Under the pieces are notes generated by a model. That model saw nothing but the letters and a program-made list of their open reading frames with translations, did no database searches and was not told where the DNA came from. Below, in pieces: positions 35,734 through 37,366 of a DNA stretch of 37,366 bases. Source of the DNA: Octopus sinensis (taxonomy: Eukaryota); contig NW_021834095.1 of the NCBI RefSeq assembly GCF_006345805.1, positions 1 through 37,366 on the forward strand, in the 5' to 3' direction. Made by a program: the position numbers and the translations under genes. The stretch's first letter is position 1. The number at the start of each line of letters is the position of its first letter.

Positions 35734-36435
35734 GTATGTAATATATATATATGGAAAAGCAGGTGGAAGCATTGACACGGCTCACTTACAATCCAATGAT
35801 TTTTTCATATTCTAGCATTCTAGCGTATACAGCTAATGTCAGAATGAAGTTACCAATATACATACATAATTACATGATTTCTCTTCTAGTCTGTTACGAG
35901 ATTAAGCCACTCGGCATTGGCCATGCTTCGTCGCCGACACATATACATTGATATTTGTAGATATGTATGTGTGTATGTGTGCGTGTGTATGTGCATGTGT
36001 GTGTGTACAAATGTTCAGTTTTGTGTGTATATGTATCCTTAAATATATGTACATGTGAGTGAGTGAGTGAGTGTATATGTATGTGTGTTTGTACATGTGC
36101 ATAAATATATTAATCGGTTCTGTGTTAGAAACCCTTGCACCCACTCCACAGAAAGGAACCGCTAAAAACCTTTTAGAAGACTTTCTTCACCTGTGTTTTC
36201 CAAGACATACCAACATCGTTTAAGTTCTTCAAAGTTATTATTTTTTGTGTATTAAAGATTTTTATAGATTAACCACACTAAGCCTAGCTCCGTACTTTCA
36301 CATGTAGATTAGTGTTTCTCGACCACTTTTTATCTAGGGATCCCTTTGATTCCTATAATACTCAAATGGACCCGCCTGGCCATTCGATGTGTAAAAATAT
36401 CCTATTATATTTTTATGACTAAATATTCTTTTTTA

Positions 36436-37208
36436 CACTTTGGCACAAAACTCGAGATTTGTGGGGGGGGGGTGCAGTCTATTATATCGACCCCTGTACG
36501 CAACTGGTACTTAATTTATCGACTCCGAAAGGATGAAAGGCGGAGTCGCCCCCGGTGGAATTTGATCACAGAACGTAAAGACAGACGAAATACTTATTTC
36601 TTTACTACCCACAAGGGGCTAAACACAGAGAGGACAAACAAGGACAGACAAACGGATTAAGTCGATTATATCGATCTCAGTGCGTAACTGGTACTTATTT
36701 AATCGACCCCGAAAGGATGAAAAGCAAAGTCGACCTCGGCGGAATTTGAACTCAGAACGTAACGGGAGACAAAATGCCTATTTCTATTTCTTTACTACCC
36801 ACAAGGAGCTAAACACAGAGGGGACAAACAAGGACAGACAAACGGATTAGTCGATTATATCGACCCTAGTGCGTGACTGGTACTTATTTAATCAACCCCG
36901 AAAGGATGAAAGGCAAAGTCGACCTCGGCGGAATTTGAACTCAGAAAGTAACGACAGAAGAAATACCTATTTCTTTACTACCCACAAGGGGCTAAACACA
37001 GAGTGGACAAACAAGGACAGACAAGGACAGACAAACGGATTAAGTCGATTATATCGACCCCAGTGCGTAACTGGTACTTAATTTATCGACCCCGAAAGGA
37101 TGAAAGGCAAAGTCAACCTCGGCGGAATTTGAACTCAGAACGTAACAGCAGACGAAATACTGCTAAGCATTTTGCCCGGCGTGCTAACGATTCTGCCAGC
37201 TCACCGCC
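36436..37208 (-). mobile_element. Head-to-tail array of four SINE family B units
   Basis: Tail ends TTCTTTACTACCCACAAGG at ~36598, ~36788 and ~36971 (~185-190 bp period). Only the rightmost unit has the A-box head. Confidence 0.9.
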
Positions 37209-37242
37209 TTTTTATGACTAAATAACATTAGGAACTGTATCC

Positions 37243-37330
37243 TTTTATTCTTTTACTTGTTTCGGTCATTTAACTGCGGGCATGCTGGAGCACCGCCTTG
37301 AAATTTTTTAGTCGAACAGATGGACTTATT
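37243..37330 (-). mobile_element. SINE family A-type 3' tail fragment
   Basis: TTTTACTTGTTTCGGTCATTTAACTGCGGGCATGCTGGAGCACCGCCTT is the reverse complement of the family A tail. Confidence 0.7.
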
Positions 37331-37366
37331 TTTTAAGCCTAGTATTTTTTCTACATGCATACATAT

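Noticed and set aside
36436-37208. CRISPR-like regularly spaced repeats
   Set aside because: Whole ~190 bp units repeat with no unique spacers, and they match dispersed SINE B copies.

Overview
AT-rich, microsatellite-dense eukaryotic non-coding DNA with no supportable host protein-coding exon. The SINE sequences and repeat landscape are most consistent with an octopus or other coleoid cephalopod (inference). Almost every ORF in the supplied track is a simple-repeat translation or a decayed transposon fragment. Recognisable elements: a ~3.5 kb decayed CR1/L2-group LINE (CCCH zinc finger, APE endonuclease, RT); three R4/Dong-like RLE-LINE fragments; a Tx1/L1-like fragment; a near-full-length Tc1 element; other Tc1/mariner and hATm-like remnants; non-autonomous Helitrons; and three tRNA-derived SINE families. 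The most notable signal is a set of short non-coding elements carrying minimal type-I hammerhead-ribozyme (HHR)-like motifs, mostly inside (TA)n tracts and often as fold-back palindromes. One family (copies at ~16.05-16.54 kb and ~27.38-27.83 kb) joins two head-to-head tRNA-like Pol III promoter heads to an HHR motif in each arm. It has a one-sided ~30-37 nt tail and 11-13 bp target-site duplications, making it a candidate non-autonomous, Penelope-dependent ribozyme-SINE. One SINE family also shares its 3' tail with the CR1-like LINE in this window. All calls come from reading the sequence by eye; no searches or folding were run.
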